Positions 44,257 through 59,791 of a DNA stretch of 64,000 nucleotides are shown piece by piece. A program made the translations under genes and the position numbers. The DNA is from the human T2T-CHM13v2.0 reference genome, Homo sapiens. Where the stretch lies: assembly GCF_009914755.1 (NCBI RefSeq), contig NC_060925.1; one strand, written 5' to 3'. Each line of letters starts with the position of its first letter. The first letter of the stretch is position 1. The notes under the pieces are model-generated. The model saw only the letters and a program-made list of their open reading frames with translations, searched no databases and was not told where the DNA came from.

Positions 44257-44355
44257 TTAGGGTGGTGCAAGAGTAAGTGGTTTTTGCCATTTAAGTAATG
44301 TAGTCCAGGGGTTTTTGTAACGGCAAAAACCTCAATTACTCTTGCACCAACCTAA
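44257..44355. mobile_element. MADE1 (Hsmar1-derived MITE)
   Basis: Inverted repeats TTAGGGTGGTGCAAGAGTAA..GGTTTTTGCCATT and AACGGCAAAAACCTCAATTACTCTTGCACCAACCTAA, followed by TA. Confidence 0.9.
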
Positions 44356-44642
44356 TACAAGTGTCTTTATCACTTTAAAATTCCAAAATGTGTCCACAAT
44401 GCTTATCAAGCAGCTATGGCAAATACTATTTTTATTTGAAAAATGGGGGAAAAAACTAGAAAGTAAAATAACTTCTGCTAAGGCAGTGGCAGCGCTCAGA
44501 ATTAAACCTAACTTTTCTAGCTAACCTCTTTTTCAAGGATTTCACAGTGATGGCATGCCCCTAAACTATTTTGAGGGCTATCATATCAGAAGGGATCGAA
44601 GCTGGAACTGAGCACTGCTCAAATCAAAGGGTGGGTACTTAC

Positions 44643-44700
44643 CACCAAATACAGCATAGTGTACATGGAGAAGGAGGCATGGCCAGAGAAGAAGGACTTC
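44643..44700 (-). CDS. PLPP3: PLPP3 coding exon 4 (58 nt; (R)KSFFSGHASFSMYTMLYLV)
   Basis: Not in the ORF track; read by hand. Contains PAP2 motif C2 (SGH). AG at 44701-44702, GTAAGT donor at 44637-44642, and the phase fits exons 3 and 5. Confidence 0.97.
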
Positions 44701-45095
44701 CTGCAAGAGCAAGAGAGGGCCATGAAAGGGCCGTATTCACATCCCTGATACACACTTGTCTGTCTGTCTTCCCTCCCTAGACTGTAACCTTGAGAGCAGG
44801 CACTAGGCCCTGTTCATTTTTGCATCCTTGGTAGTGCTTTGGACCCATGCCTGGAACATAGCAGGCACCTATGAATTCATGAATAAACAAAAGAATGAAT
44901 GAATGAATGTACCTACCCATGCTATATCGGAAGTATTGATTTACATATCTGTCTCAATCATCTGACTGTGAGTTCCTCAAGAATAGGAACTATGCCTTAT
45001 TCACCCATCTAAACCAGGGCCCAGCTAGTAAGTGCTCACTGAACTGCACTGTATGAAAGGGGTCCAGGCTCTGGCCATGCGGAGGTGGTGTCTCA

Positions 45096-45374
<279 letters not shown>

Positions 45375-45621
45375 CTAAAAGGAATCCAACAGGGGAATTA
45401 GGCAGTATCAAGATTCATCATCAACACTGATGCCGTAACGGATATTCAACAACACAGGAGAATATTCAGTATTTGCAAAGGAGTGTCCTAATTTTCTATT
45501 TATGAAATATACAGACACAAATATGCACAGAAGAAAAGATCAAAGCGCTAATATAGTTGGGTGTTTTAAGCCCCTTTGTAACAACAAAAATATACAACCA
45601 AATATATTTATATGTATATAT

Positions 45622-45626
<5 letters not shown>

Positions 45627-45652
<26 letters not shown>
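45627..45652 (+). repeat. (TG)13 microsatellite ~250 bp upstream of exon 3
   Basis: Perfect TG run within a TA/TG-rich tract. Confidence 0.95.
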
Positions 45653-45653
<1 letters not shown>

Positions 45654-48600
45654 ATCTTTTTTTTTAAGGGAGAGACAAGAACTTAACTATAGAAAAGAAA
45701 TACTAAATGAAGAATCAACGACAAGGTAAAGGGTAGCTATGATGTCACAGGGTCTGAGCAAATCTCGAGATTCTGAGATTTGGGGTAAAGGATCACCAAC
45801 AATGACCTGACTCTAGTAAGGGCCTCAGCCTTGTGCTGACATTGGCCATGGTGAGAGTTTCTGTAAGAAGAGCTGGACACACCATGGTTAAGTCCTGGGG
45901 AATTCAGACTCTGCCACCAATCTGGTATCCTTCAGCAATAATCTACATCCTCCAAGCTTTGGCCTTCTGCTCCATAAAAGGAGGCTGCTCACCTTTGCAG
46001 TTGTTGGTTCAAATAGGATAACATGAATGGGAAATGACCTGGATCACAGAAAGTGATGCTTTTACTTTTTAGAAGCAGAGTGTGATGAATAGAATACCAG
46101 TCTAACAACTAAGAAACTTGTAGTACGATGCCCTTCAGTGTTTGTGAATTTCCTCCAGTCAGCCTGTGCTGTCTTCTCTGAGCCTGACGATCCTTCTCAA
46201 ATCTTTCTTGATTTTCATACTGTATCTATGATATGATGCTTAGAGGAGATTTATCACTACTGAAAATAATCCACCAATTACTGATTACCTATTATATACC
46301 AGACATTGCTTTTATATTCTTTATGTCACGAAATCCTGATGCTCAAGATAGATATAGTGACATCATTTACATTAAGGATGGGGGACAGCTGATGTTCTGT
46401 AAGGTAAATGCCTATGATGTGCACAACCACACACCCTGCTGCCTTTGTCTTAACTCCACAGCCCAGCCATGGCCACTTCCTGCTTGTAACCACAGCCCAG
46501 AGACAGTGATGGTCAACTCATCACTCACCACAAAAGTCCCTTCACACTTCCTCCCAGGGCAGGATGATGAGTTACACTTGCCCTTTCAGAGGGAAGAGAG
46601 CATGTGCACAGCCACAAGGGAAGCAATAGTCTGGCATATCCGGACACTCCTTTGCAAAGGCTCCCAATATTCTTTTACAGTGGAGGAAAGCATCAAGGCA
46701 TGAGGTCTGATCAAGGTCCTCAAGGGCTCCAAAGTCTGGGGGAGGACGACCACGTAGGAAGGAAACACCAGCTGGGCCCAGGGACAAACAGGTGCAGCAG
46801 TGAGAACAGCTATTATCACTGCCAACATTGACACAGTGACTCTGTGTTCATAAATGCTTTATATATAAGAGCTACATTTTGTTTTCCCAGAACATATTGA
46901 GTACAATTCTGTATTAGAGGAACATAGGCAAAGGCCACTCTAGCCAGCATCTTGGCATAGCCGTTTCCTGAGAGAGCAAAACTAGTATGGGACCCTGCAT
47001 AGATGCTCAAAGACTATCAGTTGAAGGAACAAATGAAGGAAAGGGAGCAGGACGGTAGTCCTCAGAGTTGCCTTATTACAAAATTGGAAGTATCCCCTCA
47101 ACATTACCAAGAATGCTTTGATAACACGTTGCAGAGATTAAACTCCAGGAAGCATGGCAAGTCATTAATGAAAGGGACCATTATATTTAGAAGAAACTTA
47201 GGTCCAAATTAGCTCCCATCTAAAGATTAAACCCAGGTGCACTGACTCCCTGCCCAGCATTCTTTCCTACCATTCATGATCTAATTCCCCTTTTGAACCT
47301 GTTTATACATTTACCCTATGTAACCTCACAGGCAAACAAGTTCCAGATGTTTATTACCACAATCATGTTCTCTTAATCTTTTTTATTCTTCCTTATTTAT
47401 AAGTCATATGAGATTTTTTATGCAGGAGGAAGAGCACTGAACTAGGAGTCAAGTAGCCGAGGTTCAAGTCCCTACTTGTTTAGTGAATTTGGGATAAATT
47501 GGTTTCTGCATTTGCAAAACGAGGGTGCTAGACTCTGATTTATGACTTCATAACTGCAATGACATTTATTCTCAACTTTCCTGGGCTACGTCCACCATCC
47601 ACCACTAGCCTGCCAACCAAGCACAGGTAATAAGCAATGGCAGAGGAAAGTTACTTGCTCAGAGATGACACCAGAAGCAGGGAGCAGAACCAAGGCCCCA
47701 GATAAAATCCCTGACCTCAGATTGCTCTCTGGTTCCCTGAACCAGACACTGCTACAGATTAAGGAACTGTTTCTAAGCAGGTGTGGCCTGAGGATCAGTC
47801 AACACGATTTCCTGTTTGATGCTGAGAAAGAACATGTGAGTTTCCAATGCAAATTAGCATCTCTTTTATGAATTTACTGATTAATCTCAGATGAGTCACC
47901 TTTCTGCTCCAGTTACTTTAGGGAGACGGGGTTTGATTACAATTCAGGGATTCTTTTCAGCTCTAATGTCCCATCTCTAAAACTTCCATTTTTAGTGTCA
48001 CAGTCTTAAGATAGTAAATTGCAAAGTAAAATGTTTCCTTCACTCAAGGGAAAACAAGGAGATGAAAAGAACATTTTGCAGTACCTCAAATTCCTAATAA
48101 TAATGTTAACAGCAGCCATCTCTTACATTTATTTTGTACTGTAGTTTCATTGAATCTTCTCTGTGAAGAAGATATTCCATTCTACAGATGGAGATACTAA
48201 GGCTCTGGGAGACAGTGACTTTTCTGAAGGATTTGAGGCCAGTAAGTGACAGAGTTAAGAGTAGAGCCCAGGTATTCTGACTCTTAAGCTCAAAGACCCA
48301 CAGCAGACTACACTGAGATAATTTTATCATTTCTATTGTTATTAAAACCAATTTCCACTGCAGAAGAGCAATTGCAGATTTTTAAGGAGAGGGCCAGGCT
48401 GAAGCCATTTAGCAGACACATGACTCCAGGACCACATGGCTTCTGGGGCAGCCTTGACAGATTTTAGAGTGAATGAGCAACAAATTATGTATTTTCTCTA
48501 TCCCCTTGTACAGAAGGGTCAGGGAGTCGACAACACAGCCATAAATCATCATTATGAACCAGGCGGACTTGGCTTCTTGTAATCCTAACCCTTAAAAGTC

Positions 48601-51600
48601 TATTTAATGAAATTTGGGTTGTGAAAGGCAGCCTGAATACCTCACCTCTACAGACGAGGCGAAGGCTTAAATTGTTCTCCGACACGTTACACACCTAACT
48701 CTCGAGTCCCAGATTTACTGCTTTCGGACTTTATTCATTACTCACAATGTTTTTATTCCTGGGTAAGAAAATAAGCTCTTCCCTCCCCCTCCTCCTACAA
48801 AGACTCTGTCCCCACTCCCAGACTCCTGCCCCTAGAGCCCTCATTTCTGCCTCAGTCAGCAAGGTTCTGATATGTAAATTTCACTGCTGAGAAAAATGCC
48901 TTCAATGTTGATCCCTTTCTGAAACAGCAAGCAACAGATTCTGGGGGTGATGGCAGGCTGCCAGGCAAGCAGAGAATTCTCCCCTACCTGCCTTTTAAAG
49001 CACTTGGCACAGAATCTGGAAACTAATAAAATGGGAAAGCATTGCAATTAAGCTACAAGGGGACAGAAAGGGATCAGTCCTTGCCTGAGAAGGGCTGCAG
49101 TTTGGAGAGAGGTTGGCTCCAACTGCAAGACAGCTCCTCTTCCTGTCTTTTCTGGTGAAAAAGAGCTCAACTGCCCACATATTTACAAATATTTAACTGT
49201 TATGGAGAGGAAATATGAAGAAAAATTAGGATAGATTTTTGGGAAAAGATAGAGCAAGAGGTGGTGAAAGAAGCAACAACGTTGTAGCCAGAAAAACCTG
49301 TCTGAATCTTGTCTATTACCTTAGGCATGTGACTTTACCTCTCTGGGCTTAGATGTCCTCATCTATAAAATAAGGTTAATAATATCTATGTGGCAGGATT
49401 GCCAGGGAATTAGATAAGGTGATATGTCAATCGCCTGGCACCTAGCAGGAGAGCCCTCCAAAAGTTAACTTTTTTCTTCCCTCCATTGAAGAGGAAAGCA
49501 AACAAACAAATAAAAAACATGTTTTGTAGAGAGTATCTCTTCCAAGAGCTCCTTGGACGATACCATACCTAAATGAAGAGTTTGGAAATACCACCCCTCC
49601 AGGGTAGGACCAGAAAATGTATGTATGGATGACATTGCTTTTGATCATTTTATCTAGTATGTATTTTTCAGCAGATCAAGACAGAAGCAAAGTCTAAACC
49701 CAAAGCAGAAGGGACAACCCTACTCTACTGTTTTGTGTTATTTTTAACATTCCACTCTATTTGTAAATTATCCCAAGAAAAGTAATATTTTTGCACAGCA
49801 GCCTAACAATCTCTTTCAGAGACTGAGAACTCATCTTCCACCGCTGAGTCTGAAGGACAAACTTTCCTATACTCTGATCTGCTTTAATAATATTGGCTTA
49901 GTACTTTACAGCTTTCAAAGCACTTTCACATCCACTATACTGTTTGCTTCTCACAACACCATATGAATTACTAAATTATTACCAACACTTATATAAATGA
50001 GTATGATGAAGGCCAGAGAGGGCAGTGAATCACTCTGATAAAAATGAGACAGCAAGAAGACCATCACTGAAGCTGGGGCTTCCTCCTTCTAATTCCTGTG
50101 CTGTTCCCAATGGCATCGAGCTGGCTTTCTCTTAGAAGTCCTACTAGGCAGTAGTATGTATGTCTCCAGAGAGACAGATGTTCACAGAACACCCAGTAAG
50201 GGCCTGCCATCTTGAAAGGCACCTGCACCTCTAAGTTCCTGCTAGCCACAGAGGGTCAAGTTGTTCTTTTACATCTCGGTTACATGAATTGATGAACTTC
50301 TTTTGCCCAGAAAAGATTAATTCAACAAACTGTTGATGATGGAGAATCGTGAAGGGAGAATCACATTTCTCACTTTAGTTCTCAGTCCCAAAGGAAAGGA
50401 AAAATATAATGTACTGGGTCCTGTTTCTAAGGATGGAGACAGATGTATGGCTGTATTTTCTCTGGCACTGACTGCTCCATCTACTGCAATAAAGTGCAGC
50501 GTCTTTAGTAACTAGAAATAGTTGATTGGAAATTTATTCTCTGATTCTTCTGTCACTTGGTTATCATCTTCAGCCTTTTTCAGAAGATCAGTGCCTCACT
50601 GTCTGGGAAAGGTAATGAAGACATAGATCTGTCCAAAGACACCAGTATAATTTCTGGGCTTTATGGGTAAGTCAGAACTCCAATATCTAGAATAAAGACA
50701 GCAAAGAGGCCAGAGAGGGGCTACAGAAGTTATTTATGGTTGAAATTAGCAGTGGCTGCCCTGTGCCCACAAGTCTCATGAAGAAGAGAGTCTGAGGCAT
50801 AAAGCATCATTGTTTTCCCAAAAGTCAGGGACTCAGAGTCATGGGCCTCCTGAATGCCCAACTCTGCCAGTCCATGCAAGAATCTCCTGGCTGTTCTTTC
50901 TGCAGCATTGCCTACTGCAACCTCTTACTCTTTTTTTTTTTTTTTACCTTGAATTTCCTAGGCTTCCTTAATATCACACCACCATGCTTTTGTTACTATT
51001 TCTAAATGTATGTCTGCTTCTTCTAGTGGTTCCACATCTGACTTCTACCCAATAAATGTGGGTCTTCCCTAGGATTGTGTTCCTGGCTTTCTGCTGTGAT
51101 CTCAGCTGCTTCAATAGCTTCAATTGTTACCTCTGTGAAGATGACCTTCAAAAGGGCATCTCTCTGTCTCTCTCTAGCTTCAGCCTACCCCTTTCCCCTA
51201 ATTGGCCCAATTCCAATCTTCTGCTAACTCTCCCACCTGGAGATGTTAGTACCATTTCAAATTAACCAAGTCTAAGGTCACACCCATTCCCACTCCTGTC
51301 CCAAACTTCACTTCTCTTCCCTCTAGTTCTGCTCAAGATGCCACCAAGCATATGACTGACAAAGATGTGCAATCTTAGACTCCTTCCTCTCCCTTATCCC
51401 ATTGTCCATCCGGCTTTTGCAAGGTCTTTTGCATCCATCTTTTTCTATTTCCCTTGCATTGCCACCACTGTGGTTCAGGCCTCATCTTTACCTTAATTAG
51501 AAAATTGACCAAGCTCACTTAAAATACTCTCATCAACCTCTAGCCAATTAGCTGGAGTAAAAATTCCTCAGCATTCAAGGGTCTTCACGATCTTGCCACA

Positions 51601-53811
51601 ATCTTCTTTTCCTGCTGTAACCTTGTCTACTCCCTTATATTCCATTCATTCAGCCAAACAGGTCTGCTCTACATTCCCTGAAAACACTTCATTGTTTTGA
51701 AGTCTCTAAAATGGCTGAAGCCACTCCTTCTGCCTAGGTCAGGTTCTCTGACGAAAATCCTACTTATGCCTTAAAGTAGAGCTCAAGTGCCAACTAGTGT
51801 TCTGGGTTAGAGTTTGGCTCTTTGACTTATGAGTCTTGTACAACTGAGCTCTCTAAGTCTCAGTTTCCTTATCTCTAAAAATGAAGATGATGACAGTATC
51901 AAAAGCAGGGTTGTGGTGAAAATTATATGAGACGAGTGCTCAGTGAATAATGATGATGATGAAGCCTTGGCATAAGCCTTAGCCTTAAGTGCTCTTCCTC
52001 TGAACTCCCATAGCACTTTATTTAGACCTCAGACAATCTGCAGCATCTGATATGTTTCGTCCTTGAAGCTCTCCCCTCCCTAGCAGCCACCACCATGCAC
52101 TGCCCTGACTCTCCTCTTATTCTCAGACTAATTATTTCCTTTCCTTGAGGGTCTAATCCTATAGTCAGACTTGTACTTGTCTTGAATTCCCTTTAAACCA
52201 TAAGATCCAAAGGCAAGATCTGTATTTTACACATCAGCTTATAGGCCAAGGTGCCTACCACAAAGCCTGCTTGCTATAAGGGAGGTATCACCCGGCACCT
52301 ACCTACACACAGCAGGTGATCACCATCTCTACAAACCATTGATGCACACTGTCAATCTTGGGCAGTCATCTGCCCAGTGGTCTAGATGTTTTATCTTCCT
52401 CCATACATTTAACTCTCCAAGCCCAGTAACTAAAAGCTTTTATAGCTAACTAAATAAAGAGCACTCTACATAGCACCGACCAGAGTGGGCCTTCATTAGC
52501 ATCTGTTAAAGCACTTAGGCTTGAAAGCCAAACAGATCTAGGTTTTAATTCGTGTTCCCCCATTCACTAAGCAGAGTAACCTCGGGCTAGTCACTTCAAC
52601 CTTATAAGCCTCAGTGTCCTCCCTCATTTGTCAAATGTGGTAAATAATAGCAACCTCACATAGCTGTTGAAGAGGATTTAAGATAAGACATGAGTTTCTG
52701 GTCCATTAAATAGCTCATAAATGTTATCTGACTCTCCACCCCATCCCCAACACACACTGCCCCTCACAGAAAGTATTTCTCGGCCTCCTAAGCATTATGA
52801 CTTCAAATGGAGCATATCATCACCTCCGTATTGATACGTTTTTCAAATAGTCATGAATCCCTAAGAGCTGTACCTAACTAAGGAAGAATTGCTGCTGTTC
52901 TCACTTCTTCCAGGACATGAGAGTGAGTGTGGGTGGTGGAGAAAGGGAACAGATGAAAATTTAGTGCAATCTCCATGCCTGTGTTGTTAAATCACAAATA
53001 GATGCCCCCTCCCACTGTTCCCCCAGGGATAAGAAGGTCTCAGAAGAACTCTGTAGCCATCTGATCAGGGGACAACACAGTTGAAGGATTAATGTGGCCT
53101 CTCTCTGTTGGTGGTCTTGGTAATTGCACAGATGTAGTGGATTGTAAACTGGGGGACTGGGTCTCCCACTAATGCACCACTGGGCCAGCACAACTGCACA
53201 TTTTTCAGAGTTGAAAACTCGACTAGCCTTTAATGAGGAGGCAATGTTGAGGAACCTTGTTTTCTTGGCAGGGCTCTTGTAGATAAAGGGAGATGGAGGG
53301 GTGGGGAGGAACTAATGAAGTCCAGATGTGGGCAAAGTGAAGCATGATACTGAATAAACAAGTCTTGCAGGTACTAAGCTCTTCTTCTTGTCTCTCCAGC
53401 AAGAAATTTGCATGTGGTACAGAGTGTGTTCCCATGTGCCTCCTGGAGCATAGTTGAGATTTTAAGGAAGAAAACAGGACATTTTCCCCTGCTCTGTGAA
53501 TCCTCTGATATCTTTTGACCTAATGCTTTTGATTTTCTGCCCCCAGTTTATGGCCTCTTCTGTGATTTTTCACAAACATATATTGAGCACCAAGGTCTAT
53601 GTCTCACACTAGCAATACCAAATCAAATCAGATCTGTCTCTCCCCTGTGCAGCTAACAGGGTAGCCAAGAAATATACAAGTAAACAGACATGACAATCAG
53701 CACAGTGACTGCAGCCACAGAGGTGGGCCCAGGGTTCTCTGTGACCTTTGGAAGGTGGGGGAGGAGACAGCTACGGAATGCTTCCTGGAGAAATGTCCGC
53801 CTGGTGTTTAA

Positions 53812-54145
<334 letters not shown>

Positions 54146-57100
54146 TAAGGTGTTATTTGCCTGCTCGAGATGGGGTAGCTGCTAAGTTTCATGACAAGAG
54201 ACAACATGCAGCTGGTTGTGCTGAGGTTCACTACTGTGTGGTGAACACCTGACACATCATAGGCCCTTGATAAGTAATTGTGGAAGGAGGGTAGGCTGCA
54301 GAAGACAGCAGTAGGAATCAGAGGACTCCTGGTCTGGCCATGCCACTACTTAGTTATGAGAGAGTCACTTAATATCCTTGAGCCCCGGTTGAGTTAGCTG
54401 TAAGAATCAACCTCCCAGGATTACTACCAGGTGCAAAGAAGAGCGTGCACATAAAAGCCACGCTGTAAACTGTACAACACTACAGACATATGAAGGATGA
54501 TTCTCACTTATCACACACACAATATCACATGATTTGACAACCAAAACAAGCCTATGGCATTGGTGAACCGTTGTGACCAATTTATAGAAAAGCAAAGTAT
54601 AGCTCCAAGGGGCCCAATGGCTCTTCTGAGGTTGAAGGACAAGTCACAGAATGAGTAAGCACTCAAGTTGGGACATGTACCTAAGTCAGATGATGCCTAA
54701 GTTTGACTTTTTCTCTAGTTAGGAATATTATTACAGAAGTCAGAGTCAAGTTAGGTAGCATTTTTATGGCTAGGGAGAGAAGGAGATTCATCCGTGACTC
54801 AACCATGCATCAATTCCTAGATATTAAGAATCTGTATAAACCCCTTTTAGGTTCTGAGCGAGGCAAGCACTGAGCCCATGTATATTTAAAATGAATACTT
54901 AGCATTTCTGCCCATTTTAAATCTTTGCCCATGATACTCTTTGTAATACAGTGCAAGACAAAACTGAGAGATAGGAGATGATATTTTACTGTTTGCTCCT
55001 AGTCTTACTGCTGCTAGAGTCATTAAGCCTTTGCAAGGCAGGGATAGGAACCATTGCTTTGTGGATTTGGAAGGAATTCCTATTATGCTATAATTCCAGA
55101 ATCTGAGATACATCTGAAAAAGAGGTCAACATGACTAGGTTTTTCCATATCTCCTGCCATTGAAAGGTGTCTGCTTTCTCCATAACGCGTGATGATTTGC
55201 ATCTCTAAACCACACTGGTCTCCTCCACTGCCATTCCGTTCCTTTGTTGTGGGGACCATCTGAATGGGAGCAGGGGCATCCAACTCAGTCAAGGCCTCTC
55301 TTGCTGTTTTAAACAAACCTGACATTCAGCAGGAGAAGGCTCAGGACTGCAAGCAGCAGGATGATGGTTCAATTTCCAGCTCTGGGCCCCTCCACCCTCC
55401 ACGTCTGTCACTCTTGCCCTCTAATCAGAACCGGGTTCTGGATGGGGCCAGCTGGGAAAGTGGGAAATGTGTCGACGTCATCGTTGTTGTTGTTGTTAAA
55501 TTTAAACTCTATAGCTTTTCCAGAACTGAGAATGCAAAAGTGAATTATCCCCTCCACCTCTGAGGTCTTTGCTTTTACCTTTTTCTGTGAGTACCCTTGA
55601 TAGTTATGACAGGTAAGCAGGCTAGGAGGCTTCATTAGGAGCCCCCAATTCACGTGTCTCCAGCTGAAATGCAACAGCAGTTGGACCAAGAGGTAAGAAA
55701 TTCCTATTGCAAAGAGGAGTGAGAATCAAGAGACCTGGGTTCTAATTAAATAACTATAAGATAAGAGTGGGGGGTGTAGCTAAGGCTGGGGTTCCTTTCC
55801 TTACTGTATTTTTACCAGATATAACATCTGGCTGTCACTTCACCATTTTTTGACTCTGTTTACTCATTTAGAATAAAAATAGTTAACATTTACTGGGCAT
55901 ACCATATGTGCCAAGCACTGAGTTACTTTATATACATTAGCTCATTTAATTCTCAAAACCTTAGTAAGTAGACATAGTATCTCTATGTAACAGATGTATT
56001 TCCGGAGGCACCATAAGGTTAATTTGCCACATGGTCCACAGCAGAGGTGCTCAGGTCTGAACCAGGGCATGTGCTTTTAACCCTGTGCTAAACTGAAAAC
56101 CCTAAGAATATCTAGCTCTTGGGGTTTCAAGGGTGAAATGCATCCACATTTTTCACGTGTATCCCCATACACAGTAGCACTGGACAAGAGATAACAATTA
56201 TTGCAGTAATTTCTTGGCTTGTGTTTCTCCGGAACTATAGGAAAGCACTATCTAATCCATTTTGCTGCCATTGTATGGGTTGGGGAAGCAATGCTGTTGC
56301 TCATTGTATAATGAGGCCACAGCACATGACTGCTTCAAGAAAACCTGGGAGGTCAGGAAGCATTGTAATTAAAATATCAACATAACACAAGGAAAGGGGC
56401 AAGCCACAATGAAGCTCTCAATAGCACATTTTTTTCTAAGAAATGCTGACATCCCTTAAGGAGAAAGGGATTGGCCTTGGCAAGCAGCAAGCGAAGAGCT
56501 GCTGATCTGAAGCTCTGCTTGGGGAAGGAAGGATGGGAGGAGACACATGAACTCTAAAGAAGCTACTTTAGCATTTTCCTTTGCCCATCCTGGGGCCAGG
56601 TCAGAAAACCAGAACCATTCCCAACTAAAAGACTCTCAACGTTCCAGTGAGCCCACTGCTGCAGAGTGCAATTCCAGGCATTATGGCATTCATTTGATTC
56701 TTACAGCAATCCTCTTGAGGGAATCCAAACAGCAATCTCATTTTACAGATGAGGAAACTGAAGGTTAAAGAAATCAATGATCCACCTAATTCACATAGCT
56801 ACGAGAGGCTCTGAAGAGTGTCTCTTTCCACTGCCCTGTGTCTGGGAGCAGCCCACTAGGCAAGCTGGGAATAATGCCACAGAGAGTGACGAGCATGTGA
56901 CATTCCTGTCCCTGTGCTTTTCTTATCTCACCACACTCTTGGGTATAGCGGGCTCCTTTGAAGCGTTCAATTAACTGATCCTCCAACTTTCAAAAACACC
57001 TGTTCAAACCTCAATACATGATACTGTGCAATTATTTGCTTTCCACAACAAACACCTTTTTCAGGGAAAGCCATTCTTCCTAGAAACTCAAACCCACAAC

Positions 57101-57651
57101 TGTCAATTTGGAGCACACAGGAAAACTAGACCTTTCATTTTTCAGTTTTCAAACACAAAGATCCTTAGTCCACCTTTAAGAAACTACTGCCAAATGGACT
57201 GTTTTTCTTTTAAAGGTTGGAAAGAATTCTACTAGCCTCCCTTCCCCCTCCCCAAATTCAAGCTGTTGATTGTGTGCCTGGTTTACGATGTTATTAAAAA
57301 ACAAAGAGGGGTCTCAAAGTTTACAACCAACCTCCAGAGTGGGCAAGTCAAAAGAAAACTACATGAAATGTGGTACATGTAACATCAGCAGCTTACATTT
57401 GATCCAGAGTAGGCAAGATAAGCTAACTGCCTATCCCCTTGAGCAGTTCATTTGGACAGGTTAGCCTTCCTGAACTGTAAGTCTGCGAGATGGAAAGGGG
57501 GTTTGAAATCAGCCAGGCACAGGCTGAACCTGAATTTTTTGTAGCTGTAGTCTTTGAGTACGTCATTTAACTCTCCCATCTGTATAATGGGGGTGATAGC
57601 ACTTACTTCACATTTAGTGTTCTCAGGATTAACTACCTTCCTTCTTGGCTA

Positions 57652-58098
<447 letters not shown>

Positions 58099-59231
58099 CT
58101 ATGCACAACCCCATTCCTCCTTTCCACACCCCCATGAGGAGAGAGGCATTATCCTCTTCTCTTCCCCAAGAGCTCGGAGGTAGGCAGTGAAAGAGCCAGA
58201 GCAGGGGTTTTCCCACTGTTCTACAATACCCTGCTAAAAATTAAAGCCCGAATCGCAACATTTACTAATATAGCCCCAAATCTCATGATTTATGCTTCCA
58301 AGGGCATTCATTTCTTAGCTCTTAACCATTTCCCCTTTGAGAAGTTCACTAAGGCTGTGCTGCCTGGGGTAGTGAAGGCCTTGGAGTAAAAAAATCTGGA
58401 TGTGAACCCCAGATCCAGCACTTCCTCTGGTTCCCACTCCATTTCCCTGAGTCCCAGTTTTTTCCCACAGTAAAATGAGTTGTGGTGATGACTAAAGGAG
58501 ATCAACGCACACACAACCTCTAGCACAGTGCCTGGCACATAGTAGCTGCTTCATGAATGCCATTTTCCAGGCTTTTCTTTCACTGTTCAAAGAACTACCA
58601 ATAAGAGTGAGCAGAGCTGAGCTTGGCCCTGCTGCCTGCAGACCTGGATAGAGGGCCCAGGGCACCCAGGAGAACCAAGTGACTCTTGCAGTTGCTGCTG
58701 GTTATCAGTGGCCAGCTCAGATACTATTCTCTCAAAGGTCATGGCAAATGGATTCCATCACCTGCCAAGAAAAGTCCCTCACAACCTTGACTTAAAAAGC
58801 AAAGGCCCATGATAACTCTTGTCTGGATGCTACAAGAGCCTCCTAATCAGGCTCATGGCCCCCATTCCCTTCTACAGATAGCCACCAGTTTGCTTCCTGA
58901 AGGGCTTGGACCATGAGCATGTCAAAGCCTTGCTAAAGCCTCTTCAATGGCTCCCCATGACACAGGGTGAAATAAAGTCCCTAAGTATGACTTTAGGAGT
59001 TCCCATGACCTGGACATCTCTCCAGCTTCATGCTCTGCTGCTCCTCTTCAGTAAGCCTCCAAGAAACCAGTACACAGAGACTGTGGATTCATGCTATTCT
59101 CTTAGACCAAAATACCTCTTCCTCCCCAACTACCCAACTGCAATACCAAGCTCCAATGACACTTCGCAAAGTAAAAGGACCAGTTCTTTTACAAATCTTG
59201 GAACTAGGGAAGACCACCAAAAACACAGTGG

Positions 59232-59791
59232 CCTTTCAGCTGGAACTGCCATCTTCCAGTAATTCACCAAAATGACAAACACAAAGGGAAAGAGGAGAGG
59301 CACCCGATAGATGTTCTCTAGGCCTGTTAGAAAACATGGAGTTGTTTATTTGGCCACGTATATGAGAATCTATGAGAAAGGTGATGCTGTAGACATCTAA
59401 GGGAATGGGTACTGCTCTAAAAAGAATGCCCCACAAGTGTTACCATGGCTAAACTGGAAGAGTCTGCAGTGTTCCCCAGCATGCCGTTGGTACTGTTGTA
59501 AACAAAAAAGTTAAGGGGAAGATTCTTGCCAAGAGAATTAATGTGCATATTGAGCACATTAAGCACTCCAAGAGCTGAGATAACTTCCTAAAAAACATGA
59601 AGGAAAATGATCAGAAAAAGAAAGCCAAAGAGTTCAACTGAAGTGCCAGCCTGCTCTACCAAGAGAAGTGCAACTTTGTGAGAACCAAGGGGAAGGAGCC
59701 TGCTGCTGGAACGTATGAACTCATGGCATAGTAGATGTTAAAAAAATAAAATAAAATAAATACAAGACTTCTGGGCTGCAAAAAAAAAAAA
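59232..59791 (+). pseudogene. Processed RPL21 (60S ribosomal protein eL21) pseudogene, full length, antisense within PLPP3 intron 1
   Basis: ATG at 59272 gives [24 protein letters not shown], with a premature TAG at 59308-59310 and later indels; ends YELMA* at 59731. Intronless, 5' CCTTTC, poly(A), and TSD AAAAACACAGTGG at 59219-59231 and 59787-59799. Confidence 0.95.

Noticed and set aside
46233-46703. 156-aa ORF antisense to intron 2 (also 61084-61516 and 38870-39253)
   Set aside because: No recognisable homology or splice context, and partly overlapping MIR/L2-like sequence.
59272-59731. Functional RPL21 gene
   Set aside because: Stop at codon 13, further stops and indels, no introns, poly(A) and TSD identify it as a processed pseudogene.
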